Of a DNA stretch of 64,000 bases, positions 24,576 to 39,479 are shown piece by piece. Below the pieces are notes generated by a model that made no database searches, was not told the origin of the DNA, and saw only the letters and a program-made list of their open reading frames with translations. The stretch comes from Blastocystis sp. Blastoise. Its lineage: Eukaryota > Protista > Bigyra: Opalinata. The stretch spans positions 1 to 64,000 of the forward strand of contig JBBPEB010000007.1 of the NCBI GenBank assembly GCA_039096225.1, written 5' to 3'. The first letter of the stretch is position 1. Each line of letters begins with the position of its first letter. The position numbers and the translations under genes were made by a program.

Positions 24576-26793
24576 TTAATCGAATTTATAATACACATGA
24601 TTTTCTTGAATAAACATAGAATCAATCAATTGTTGTTTATATGAATTAATGTGTTCATCTGGAATATATTCATCTATACAAAACATTATAGATATATATA
24701 TCTGTAAATATACTGATATGAATTATAAATTCTTTCAATTTAGGAATTCTTCTTGTAGTTATAAATTGATCAATTTTGATAGGTGTTCCTCATTATAAAT
24801 ATCTATAAAAAAAATATAATTTAAAATATTTATATATATGTATACATATTTCTAAACTTTTTAAACTTTTCGTCTTATTTTCATTTATACAATCAAATAA
24901 TGTTTCTATTTCATATTCATTTATTGTTTTATCTACATATTATATAATACATATTAGTTACATATATATACCTTCTGTACATTTAATTGTATCCATAAGT
25001 GAATTAGCATCATGTTTACATCGAAGAATAGAAGTATTAGGATCATAAATATACTCATAAGAAGAACCACCTATAGAATTAATAACATTAATGAATAATA
25101 GTGTATTATTTGGATTGAAATACAAGTTAATTGAATACTAGTTGATAATGGAAAGTTGTTATGATTCATATATGTGCATAATTTTTGGATAAAACCATTC
25201 CACCAATCATTGTCTCTAAATGTTCCTATTAATATATATAATATTGAATAAAATATTATATAATAAAGAAAGAATACACAAAAATTCATAATTTATAATA
25301 TATATCTTATTATTACTATAAATATATACGAAACTTGATCAATTTCAACTTAGGAAAACTATCTGTAGTATATAGTTCACAAAAGTGTTCATCAGGTATA
25401 TCATCAGGGTCTATAATAATACAAATATTAAAATAAGATCAGATATATCATGTTTTCTATTGAAACGTTTTGTTTGTAGAATATATATATACATAAAGAG
25501 AATTCAGTTATATTATGGAAACAACCTTTAAGAATCAATCTATTTATATCTGTCATATTTCCTTTATAATTTTATTTAAATTAATTAAAAAATTATTATT
25601 GAACATAATCATCATATATATATATATAATTACCATAAATAAAAACAATAGAAGCGATAGGAATCAGTATATTCATTATGTTTTCTAATATTGTGAAATA
25701 CTCAGAGAATGAGTCTTCCTTGATATACCGTACTATACATTATCATATATTTATAATATAATATACAATTAATCGTTAATTTTTTAATAACTTTAATCTT
25801 ATTATCATTAAAAACACTTGATATCCATGTTAAATATTCAAAACTTATATTTTCTTCAACTATAGACGTTATAAAAAACATAATAATATATAATAAAGAA
25901 TATACATGAAATATTTAATTCATTCAAATGTTCTAATACACTACTCTTTAAAAATCCTTCCAAAGAATTTCTTATATCATCTTCCATATTATCTATACAT
26001 GAATATTAATACTATATATTAAATGAATACCATTGAATGTAATATCTAAACGATCAATATTATGTTTATAATTTTCAAAATAATCCAATTTTTTGACATT
26101 TATAGAATCAGAAGTATCAACTTTATATGAATAAAAATAATATATAGCATATAAAATAATATTCTTTTAATAAATATATATATTTTATACTATAAATTTT
26201 ATCAAAAAAAATAAGATTTTTCTCCAATAATTCTTTTAAATGTGGTAAACAATAAATCAATCCATCTATATAAAAACAAAGAAATACAATTGTATAGAGA
26301 GTGTAATACTATCAAATATATATACTACAAAGTAATGGATTAATTTCATCAATATGAATTGAATGACTATAGACTAGGTTATCTAAAAGAGTAGCTATTT
26401 TCTTGTTATTGTTGATATCAATTCTATTTATTCTAATAGTATCAATTATTGACATTAAATCCATAGGAAAAAGGAATTCAAAATTACTAGTAGCTAGAAT
26501 TAAAATAATAGTTATGTATTATATATGAAATAACTTATTGTAACATTGTAATTGATAATATGTAATTTAGGGAAGCATTCTTTTTTTATTGAAGACAATC
26601 TGAAAGATTCTATATATCATATATACTTTATACAATATATATCTATACCATCATCATATATAATTTCAGTAACATTTGGAAATACGTGAGTTGTCATTAT
26701 TTTCATAAACAATTTATTATTAATTTTATCAACTAATTCTTTAACTATATTAAATATAGGGACTGGAAGAAAAATGGGCTTTTGATTCCACAT
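24576..26793 (-). pseudogene. 5'-truncated LRR-like repeat protein gene, 15 exons, all introns phase 1, one frameshift at ~24763
   Basis: Exons spliced by eye give FPNVTEI, FPKLHII, LEHLNELNI, FPKLKLI, LKSLEI, IPKLKEF repeats. A 1-nt loss in a T run occurs in exon 14. The ATG at 26793 lies inside the TIR element. Confidence 0.75.
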
Positions 26794-28455
26794 TTTTCCA
26801 CATTTTCCACCAAAAAAGACAATTTTGGAAAAAATAAAATTTACATACAAAATACAATTTTTATTGTAAATAGTTCATCATTTTTGAAGTTTCCATAATA
26901 AAAATGTGATAAAATCAAAAATATTTAGTGGTTTATTTCACTCACTACTAATAATTTTTCAAATTTTAAAAAATGATTTACCCTTAGAAACATTAAGAAT
27001 TCATAATAATATGTTTTTATGAATTTATATCAAATAATTTTAGAGAAAAACATATTTACATTCTAAAATAACAATCGACCAAAAAACATTATATATATAT
27101 ATATAAAACCATAATAATTATATTTTCCCCAATTTTTCAATTTATTTGGCAACATAACAAAGCTAATCTTCATTTTTTTTTTTAAATTTCTTTTATTTTT
27201 ATATATAAGAAAGGAATAAAGTTAATAATATATTGTTTGTTATGAACATACTATTGCTTATATGAATGGAATAGTCTTCATCTTTTATCAGCATATTGAT
27301 TGACCTTTTTTTGTATTTCCAGAAAGAATAATTTCACTCTTATTCACATATCCTAGTTATATAAAGAGAGAAATGAATGAAAAGAATATTTTTATGAGAC
27401 TTTTACAGTTGTGAATTGAAGTCAAACCATTAGCAATGATATCACAACAGTCGAAAAAATAAATAAGATATGTAGAGACATATTTGAATACAACTTATTG
27501 ATGAAATATCAACTTTAGGTACTTAATATCTTTTTCAATTGCTTTTATTAAATATTTACAAAACAATATTATGTATTATTTGAATACAATAATTGAAAAT
27601 AATAACTTCATATTTTGTATTATCTAATAAAACACAAATAACTATTTTTTCCTCCATTGTTTATGTATTTAAAAAGTGTTTTTTAGTGGGTATTATAAAC
27701 ATTATAATTTAATAATATTGTAAGTTATTGACAGTATATATCATAATACAAATAATATTGTGTAAAATGTTGTGTTATCATATGTGGACAACACTCAAGA
27801 CACGATTAAAGAACTCTTTTAAGTGCTTAATTTTTTCATATTATTTGTATTAAATATTTCATATTAAATTTATTTATATGTACTAATAGTTCATGATAAA
27901 CAGGCTTTTGCTTGCTTAAATAAAAACTACTACAAATGAAAAATAAGTACAAGTAATCAAAACAAAAAAAGGGAAATTGAATACTTTTTTAAAGCCTATT
28001 TTTGTGATTTGTTAATTTGTAACCATTTTCTGTATATGTTTATGGTAGGCTTAATAAATAGAGTCAATAGAAATGTTTTGTTTGTGAAATCAGTGACAAT
28101 GTTATACAAAATGGGCTTAAATTATATCTTTCTATACATGATATGTTTCATGTAATCATTTTGGATTTAATAGTTGTGTCACTAATATATATATATATAT
28201 AATAATGGTATAATTTCTCAACAATATTTTTCATTTATTTCTTAATTTGAATGCAAAAGAATATGCATTAACATCATGAGACAAAACATATACAATTTTA
28301 TATATCATTATAGCAAAATTCAAACTAATACTAAAAGAAAAAGACCAAAATCAAAAAAAATGACAAATCCACTTTTTTGCATGAAAAGCCTTTTCTCCAC
28401 CAAAAAACAACAAAAATTGATAGAAAGTATACCTACTTTTCTTCCAGTCCCTATA
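26755..28455. mobile_element. Non-autonomous DNA transposon, 15-bp TIRs GGGACTGGAAGAAAA flanked by TATA
   Basis: TATA-GGGACTGGAAGAAAA (26755-26773) ... TTTTCTTCCAGTCCC-TATA (28437-28455). TCCAC/CCACCAAAAAA subterminal motifs at both ends. No intact ORF. Confidence 0.75.
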
Positions 28456-28938
28456 AAGATCTCACGATAATATTCAATTTATTTTAACAAGTATCAAATC
28501 TTCAATGAAAATAACAAAAAAATAAGTTACAAATATTTCATATTTATATGACAAATATCGTCTGTTTCTTATTTAGAGTATACCATAAAGTAAAATTAAT
28601 GAACGTCATTGAATATAAACGAGAAAGAACCATTTAGAATTTTCAACAGTGTTTTAGAGAAATTAATAACAAAAAACAATAATTGTTTTCCAATCCAAAA
28701 TTCTTTTCCATCTTATATTTTTTTATACCGATTTAATTTTTTTTCTAAACTGAGTTCGAATATGGTCTTAAAAGAAAACAATAATAATCCACCAGTATGT
28801 TTTACTTTTCTACCCAACAGTATGTATTCCTCAAAAAAAAATGTGTAACTCTCAACGTCATAAAAAACGAATTTTGGAATATACTTCTTAATAGTTGTTG
28901 AGTTTTAAAAAGTAGAAACAACAATTTTTTTTCTTTTT

Positions 28939-29898
28939 TCTACAAATCATTATAAGTTCTTGATATTGAGCACTTATTTTCTATTAGATATTTTTGATAA
29001 CAGCTTAATAGTTTTAATTCATATTTTTTATGCCATAAATAGGATTCATGAATGGGTACAAAAATATATGAATGATTTGTTTCTTTCATCTATAAATTAT
29101 GTTCAAGTAAAATAAAATAATTAAAAAAATAGCATACTAAATAACTTGACAATAAGATATCACAAAAATATCCTTCACTTTCTGTAGCAAAATATTTTGA
29201 ATTATATAATAAATCTGATTGTATTTGATCACTTTTATATTGCTCATTCCCAGATATATGTATTGTTAAAACTATATATAGAAGCTATTATATGTTATTA
29301 CTATTTGTTATCTATTAAATAAATTATTATTATTATTTATATACATATATATATATAAAGAATATACTACTTGGTGTAACATCTATAACCTCAACAAATT
29401 CACTTCTAAAATTGGCATTATCCATTATATAATTATCTATAAAATATCTTCCTATTACAGCATCATCAACAAGATGATTTGTTAGTGTATATTTTGTTGC
29501 AATAAATACATCCTAAAGTAATAAAAAATATATATAAATATAAATCATAATATCTATATACAATTGCACGTATAATATAATACTCAGAATTTTCATAAGC
29601 TTCATTTAATAAATCAACATAATTATAATTATTAGTAATAGTTTTATTATAAAAGAATGTATCTTGAACATTTGATCGCGTACTTACTAAAATAACTTCT
29701 TGTTTTAATTCTTTCTTATATATAGAATTTAATACTTTTATTAATATATCTTCTATATTAAGACTTAATAGTATATCTCCATTTAAATAGCCATAAAACC
29801 ATGATTCATAATTTGTTTCTAATGTATTAATAATTGATTTTAATATTGGAACATTAAATTCATTTGTTTTATCTATATAGAATTATATTATAGTAATC

Positions 29899-29947
<49 letters not shown>

Positions 29948-30094
29948 TCAGTGCTATACTTAATGTTTCTACTTGTACATTCATCTATTATTTGTTGACT
30001 ATCAGTGAATACAACAAATCTTATATTTGTATATCTTTGAATGATAAGAATACTATTAAGGAAATAACTTTGAATAAAAATTCGTGATTCTTGT

Positions 30095-30178
<84 letters not shown>

Positions 30179-30930
30179 TACTGTAACTACTAATGTAGTA
30201 CCAAAAACAGCCAAATATCTTTTCTTATTAATACTCTCTTTATTATAATACTTTTTAAATGCTTCTATTTCTGTAGAATTTAATGATGTATCACATATAG
30301 AAGATTTAACATCAACCCCACATTTTCTAATTAAACCTATATAATAAATAATCAATATATATATATATACCAAGTTCTTTAATATAAGATTTCCTATCAA
30401 TTAAATATTTTTCTTTTGTATAATTTTCTCTTTTATTAATATCGATATTTATAATATTATAAATATATTTTCTTTCAGGAAATTTAATTGATTTACTATT
30501 CTATTTAAATGAAATTATAAACATCGAGATAATTTACGTAAATGTTAACTGGAATCAGTTTGCTTCTTGATTTATAATCCAAAGTTCTCACAAAAAAGAT
30601 TATAAAAATTGAACAAGCAGTACAAACTGAAAGATAGAATATATTCTTGAATTGATTATACAGCATTTGAGACAAAATGCCTATATTGTATTGATTTTCA
30701 TATTTTATTTATAAAATCATAAGTGATAGAGATGAATAAACCAAATTAATAAAATAAATTCTACTCACTAACATACAATGATTATTAATAACTTTATTTG
30801 AGTATTCTTTTAGTTTTCCCCTCTAGATAATCAAGTATAACAATCGTTTTTAAACACACTTGATAACAATATGTGTTTGTTAAGGGTATATAATAGAAAT
30901 CTTCGAAAAAACGTTTCTAAACGTTCATTT
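28939..30930 (-). pseudogene. Glycosyltransferase-like (GT-A type) gene, 5' half disrupted
   Basis: 3' exons are open and read PILKSI...FYGYLNGDILL...VSTRSNV...AIDVFI...VIGRYFIDNY...IDVTPS. 5' exons contain several stops. Confidence 0.5.
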
Positions 30931-31002
30931 TTTAGCTTCTAATTTTTCTTAAAAGGAATGAGCCTAAAGTTACTTAATACAGAGACTCTTCCCTAGAAAG
31001 TT

Positions 31003-31100
31003 TTTGTCTTACGCTTTGAATCGCCAAAAGTACACATTAAACTGGAACTATTGAAATATAGTACCCCAATAAAGTCTTTATGGCGAACCCAAGAATAAGA
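31003..31100 (-). ncRNA. Candidate structured RNA / conserved intergenic element, family member 1
   Basis: TTGGGTTCGCCATA...GGGGTA...TGGCGATTCAAA; motif order and folding shared with 42530-42625. Confidence 0.35.
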
Positions 31101-31263
31101 ATAACTTCCGTTTACCTTGTTTATTTTTAATAAAAAAATAACCGCAATAAAAAGAAAACTTTTACTTAAAAATAATAATTTTTCAAAATGAAACAACTTC
31201 CTCATGAATCAAATAGAAATGAATATACATTCTTTCTTATTTTGATATTATAAAAGAAAGATA

Positions 31264-33954
31264 ATGCCTGCAGTTGATGAACCTTATGTTTATGTCAGTA
31301 AAGATCCAGAAATAGATGCTGCTGAAGTTCTTACTGAAGAGAATTTAATGGAACGAAGTGAGTATTCTTGTGCTTACTGTGGTTTATCCGATGTAAATTG
31401 CTGTATTCAATGTGAAGATTGTGGAAAATGGTTTTGTAATAGAAAAGATACTTCAAATGGATCACATATTTTTATTCATCTATTCCTTTCAAAACATATT
31501 CATGTTTTTTGCCATCCTGAGAACAGATATAGCTCGATCCTATCATTAAAATGTGAAAATTGTGATAACAATAATATATTTGATTTAGGTTATATCATTA
31601 ATGATTTTGATAAGATATTTTTTATTTGTGGTTCAAAATGTTATAATGATATACTAAAAGAAGCTCCTGAAGTTGTGTCAAATAATTATTATTCTATGAT
31701 TTCTGAAAAGCAAATTCGTCATGAGTTCTTTGAATCCGTTAATGAACTTATTGGTGGCGTAGATTATAAAAATATTAAATATGAAATTATTGAAGGTTTA
31801 GAAAAATTATGGAAAAATAATCCATTAGCTACTATTGAAGATGTAAAAATTATTCGAAAATCAAATCATAATGTGAAACCTGTAAAGATTACATATGAGA
31901 ATGGTGAAGAATATAGATCTGTATATAATGATTTAATTCGTTTAGAGAATCAAGAAGAAATCCAGCAAACATCTGGAAAACGATTTCCTGTACATGTTGA
32001 ATGGTCTATAGAACAAAATTTATTATTAATGAAATTTAATATGAATGATTGTTCTATTGATTATCCTTTGGCACAAGGAGGTCTTGTAAAATTTAAACCT
32101 AAACCTCAAGTACCTAATTTATTATATGCATCCTTATTAGATATAGATATAGATAATGAGCTTGATGGTAAATATATTATTGATGGATATGTAAGATCAA
32201 CACGAAAAAAAGATGTTGTTATTGTTGTTACTAATGTTAATAATATTCCTGAAGATATTGTGAATACAACTGATTTTGTTATGAGAATTATTCCTACTTC
32301 TGTAACTTATGGTTCTATGATATCTGTTCTTGATGCTATGTGCTCATCTCCTTCTAAAGATAATGAAATTAATAATACACTTAAAAATATGAAAAATAAA
32401 CGTGAATATTTCAAACAGAAAAACACAGAACGTACGTTTACAATCTTACCTGAATTAAAGTCAATTATTTTAGGTAAGAAAACAATGAATTATCCTATAC
32501 CTAATTATTCTAATAATGAAAATGATGAAGATGCTCTTCCTTATAGGTTAAATCAATCTCAACATTTTGCACTTCAACAATCTGAAAAATTTCCTTTAGT
32601 ATTAATACAAGGGCCACCAGGTACAGGGAAAACTTATACTAGTGCAGCTATTATTGATAATTTATTAAAGAAAAATATTTCAAAGAAAATATTTGTATGT
32701 GCTCCTTCAAATACAGCTGTAAATAATTTAACTAATATCTTAACAAAGAATCATGTTAAGTGTTTACGTGTTGTTTGTAGAGGTTTAGAAACAGAAGAGA
32801 ATTATTTAGAAAATACTCCTTGTCTTCATGATTTAGTAAAACAGGCTGTTTTTAGTAGTGGAGATGAAATACTTATGGATTTATATATAAAAATATTGAA
32901 TCATATTCAATTATCTGCAGAAGAAAATAAGAAAATTGCTTCTTTTAAATATCCTCTTGAAGAAAAAATAGTAAATTCTTATGATGTTATTTGTTGTACT
33001 TGTTGTTCTGCATATTTAAAATGTTTTCAAAGATGTAATTTTGATACAGTATTAATAGATGAAGCAGCTCAATCTGTAGAACCATTATCTCTTATTCCTT
33101 GTCGATATAATTGTAAAAAGTTAATTTTAGTAGGTGATGATAATCAATTAGCACCTATTATTAAATCAAAAGAAGCTGCTCTTTTTGGTTATACAAGATC
33201 TTTATTTAATCGATTAAGAATAGCAGGTACAAAACCTCTTTGTTTATTAAAACAATATAGAATGCATCCTTATATATCTTATTTTTCAAATCATATGTTT
33301 TATGAAGGTAAACTTATTGATGATGACTGTACAAAACAAATGGATGTTGTTTTTAAATGGCCAAATAATCAACTTCCTTTCTTTATTTGGAATACAGAAA
33401 ATCAATTTGAAGAAGAAATTCCACCAAATCGTCTTTCTTATATTAATCGAAAAGAAGCAGAACGTATATTTGAATTATTAAATTTAATGTATTCTAATGG
33501 TATAAAACCAGAAGATATTGGTGTTATTACTTTTTATAATGGTCAACGTACCTATGTAGAAAATTTAATTAATACATTTGAATTAAATTCTGAATATCGA
33601 AATTATTTAAATCAAATAACAATTAATTCTGTAGATGGATTTCAAGGTCAAGAAAAAGAATATATTATTATTTCTTGTGTTCGATCAAATCAAGAAATAG
33701 GAATTGGATTCTTATCAAGTTCTAGAAGATTAAATGTAGCATTAACACGTGCTAAGAAGGGTTTAATTGTACTTGGAAATGTTGAAGTATTAAATAAACA
33801 TTTAATATGGAATCAATTTGTACAATTTCATTCACAAACTCATTGTATATATAATGGTGAATTAAATAACTTACAAGTATATACGAAATATTTAAAACAA
33901 ATTAAATGTACACCTGAAAAACTAGAACAACATCTTCGAATGGAAAGAAATTAA
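31264..33954 (+). CDS. UPF1: UPF1-like SF1B RNA helicase, single exon, divergent
   Basis: CH zinc domain (CAYCG...CGKWFCN...GSHIFIHL), [55 protein letters not shown]. Confidence 0.93.
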   Translation: MPAVDEPYVYVSKDPEIDAAEVLTEENLMERSEYSCAYCGLSDVNCCIQCEDCGKWFCNRKDTSNGSHIFIHLFLSKHIHVFCHPENRYSSILSLKCENCDNNNIFDLGYIINDFDKIFFICGSKCYNDILKEAPEVVSNNYYSMISEKQIRHEFFESVNELIGGVDYKNIKYEIIEGLEKLWKNNPLATIEDVKIIRKSNHNVKPVKITYENGEEYRSVYNDLIRLENQEEIQQTSGKRFPVHVEWSIEQNLLLMKFNMNDCSIDYPLAQGGLVKFKPKPQVPNLLYASLLDIDIDNELDGKYIIDGYVRSTRKKDVVIVVTNVNNIPEDIVNTTDFVMRIIPTSVTYGSMISVLDAMCSSPSKDNEINNTLKNMKNKREYFKQKNTERTFTILPELKSIILGKKTMNYPIPNYSNNENDEDALPYRLNQSQHFALQQSEKFPLVLIQGPPGTGKTYTSAAIIDNLLKKNISKKIFVCAPSNTAVNNLTNILTKNHVKCLRVVCRGLETEENYLENTPCLHDLVKQAVFSSGDEILMDLYIKILNHIQLSAEENKKIASFKYPLEEKIVNSYDVICCTCCSAYLKCFQRCNFDTVLIDEAAQSVEPLSLIPCRYNCKKLILVGDDNQLAPIIKSKEAALFGYTRSLFNRLRIAGTKPLCLLKQYRMHPYISYFSNHMFYEGKLIDDDCTKQMDVVFKWPNNQLPFFIWNTENQFEEEIPPNRLSYINRKEAERIFELLNLMYSNGIKPEDIGVITFYNGQRTYVENLINTFELNSEYRNYLNQITINSVDGFQGQEKEYIIISCVRSNQEIGIGFLSSSRRLNVALTRAKKGLIVLGNVEVLNKHLIWNQFVQFHSQTHCIYNGELNNLQVYTKYLKQIKCTPEKLEQHLRMERN

Positions 33955-34556
33955 TTCATATTATATATATATATTTTTTTATGATTATTTTTTTTTTTAA
34001 TTTATATTAATTAATCTGTTTTAATATATATTTCCTATTCTTTATTGTTTTATATTTATTTATATTCATATTTATATTATATTTTTTATCCTAATAATAT
34101 ATTTTGTATATTTTTTTTTCTTTTTGTTATTCTCTATGTATATATTTTTATTTTTCATAAAATAATATATATGCTTATATAAATAAATTGATTTCTACCC
34201 AAAAGCTTCTTATTCTCTACTATTATATATGTTTATTTGCAGAATAGAAACTATTTTTGTGTATATTCCACTTTATATATATTTGTTATCTATATTATTT
34301 ATTTCAATTCATTTTTGTTTTGTTATTCTTTTAATTATTCAATAAAGTTTTATTTATTATATAAAATTTTATTCAATATATAAAATTTTATTCAATATAT
34401 AAAGTTTTATTCATTATATAAAGTTTTATTCAATATATAAAATATTATTCATTATATAGCCACATCTATTAACATACAACTAATTCTTTCATTTATTTAA
34501 ACAATTAAAAACATATATAAGTATAAAAATTAACTACATAATTATAAAAATATATT

Positions 34557-35461
34557 TTATTCTGTTTTTCCTGTAGACTCTTCTTTTTTTTCATTTTCGT
34601 TATTTTCTTTCTTCTGTTTTTTTGACTCATATGTATCTATATAAATATATATAATACATTCCTTTTAAAAGTAATTAAATACCTTTTTCTTTATTAGATT
34701 CTTTTATATCATGCTTTCGTTTATTCTATATATAAATATATTTATTATATTATATATATATTGAAAAGAAATTATAGATATAGAATCTTTTATAATACAT
34801 TTTTAAGTTCTCTTCGTTTGATCATTTTATCTCTTAATTCTTTTCTTTCAGAATCACTATAATCATTATTATTATTATAATAAAATATAAATAATAATCT
34901 TATTGAAAATAAAAGAACAATGATAAAAGAATTATCATACCTTCCATTTAATATAATAACATCATCTTCATTAAAGGGCTTACCACAATTTAAACATTTC
35001 TCTGATGTAATTTCTTTAATAGCATGTTGAGACATCACACAACCACAACTTTTTATTATACAAAACTTTGAGTGATTCCCAACTTCTTCTTTTGTTATAG
35101 GACAAATAATTCCTTTATTATTTACACTTGCTCTCCAATAATTATTCGAATCTTCAATACCTTTAGATTTTTTTATAGGAGCATAAGTAAAATGAACAGG
35201 AAACACATCTTTCAATTTACGTATATGACTGAATTCCTCAGGTAAGGATTTATCGATTAATGCATTAATTATAGCTTCCTTATTATATAAATAACCCAAT
35301 TCACAAGCAACAATAGGCTCTGATAATTCTTCACCACTTAATGCACAATAGGTCCATTTTGCAGCTTGAATTTCTTCGGGTGTATAATGAGCTTTTTCTT
35401 TTTTTGTACTCCATCTACTATATTTTCTTTCTAATGCTTTGGTACCACCATCACAACCCAT
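34557..35461 (-). CDS. RTF2: Replication termination factor 2 (Rtf2 RING-finger), 4 exons
   Basis: MGCDGG start, CALSGEEL...VACELGYLYNKEAI, ICPIT, CGCV...CLNCGKPF...DVIILNG. Confidence 0.9.
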
Positions 35462-35775
35462 TTTTGATGTGTTTATTGAATATGTTAAATAATAAAACCA
35501 AATTATTGTTATTACGAATATTATAGAATAATTTTGAAAATATTGCAAATAATACAAATTAATTAAGGAAATCGATATTTATACTAAGTTGTCGGCAAAA
35601 AAAATCAGTCATATTCTGAATTTGACTTTATTTATAGGAAATTCAATTTTTATTTTTCTTATTTTTCACAAAAAGTAATTGATAATCTATAGAATAAAAA
35701 ATAAAATTGATTTATAAACAAAATTTTATTCCAAGTGATTCTAATTGATTTATTTTATTTAGGCGATTATTGAGA

Positions 35776-38823
<3,048 letters not shown>

Positions 38824-39479
38824 CTTTTTTAAATATATTTTGAATACTCTTGTAAATCATACTTTTATATTATTATTTTCTCTTTTACACTTCTAGTACT
38901 TGTAGTTTATGAATATGTACTGGTTTCACTGTTATTATTGATTTGTTTCTAATATTTTCTCGTTATCTCTGATTTATAAAAATGAGAGCACTAATATTAT
39001 TATCTAAAAATATCGCAAAAACAATCAAGGAAACATAATTAGGATCATCCACACATTTAAAGCGTGGGTTTCGTGGCTTTTATCATTAGGATCAATAAAC
39101 ATCCATCAAAAAAAATAATAGTTGCTTTAGTATACAACAAAATGACAACGAAGAAATGTTTTCTTGTTACCAAAAAAATTTATAATTTTTCAGTTGACAA
39201 CTGAATTCTCCAACGGAACTTTTTTATCTTAAAAAATATTTAATTTTTGGTATATATTCGATAAGTACATATATATTCAAATAGAATATAATTACCTTCA
39301 ACTCTCATTCAAATTCTTTATTTATATAGACTGCTTTCTCGTTTATATATTTTAAATCATCATTATAAACAGTCTTTGTTTATTGCAAAACATATTTTAA
39401 ATAGATCTATCCTATCATCCGTTGTATGTACATTATATATTTATAACTATTTCTTGAATAATAGAGTCTTATACGAAGA

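Noticed and set aside
11970-30930. Stop-codon reassignment (TAA/TAG = Gln) suggested by in-frame stops
   Set aside because: The 896-aa UPF1 and the other intact genes have no internal stops, use CAA for Gln and end in TAA. The disrupted genes also carry TGA stops and frameshifts.
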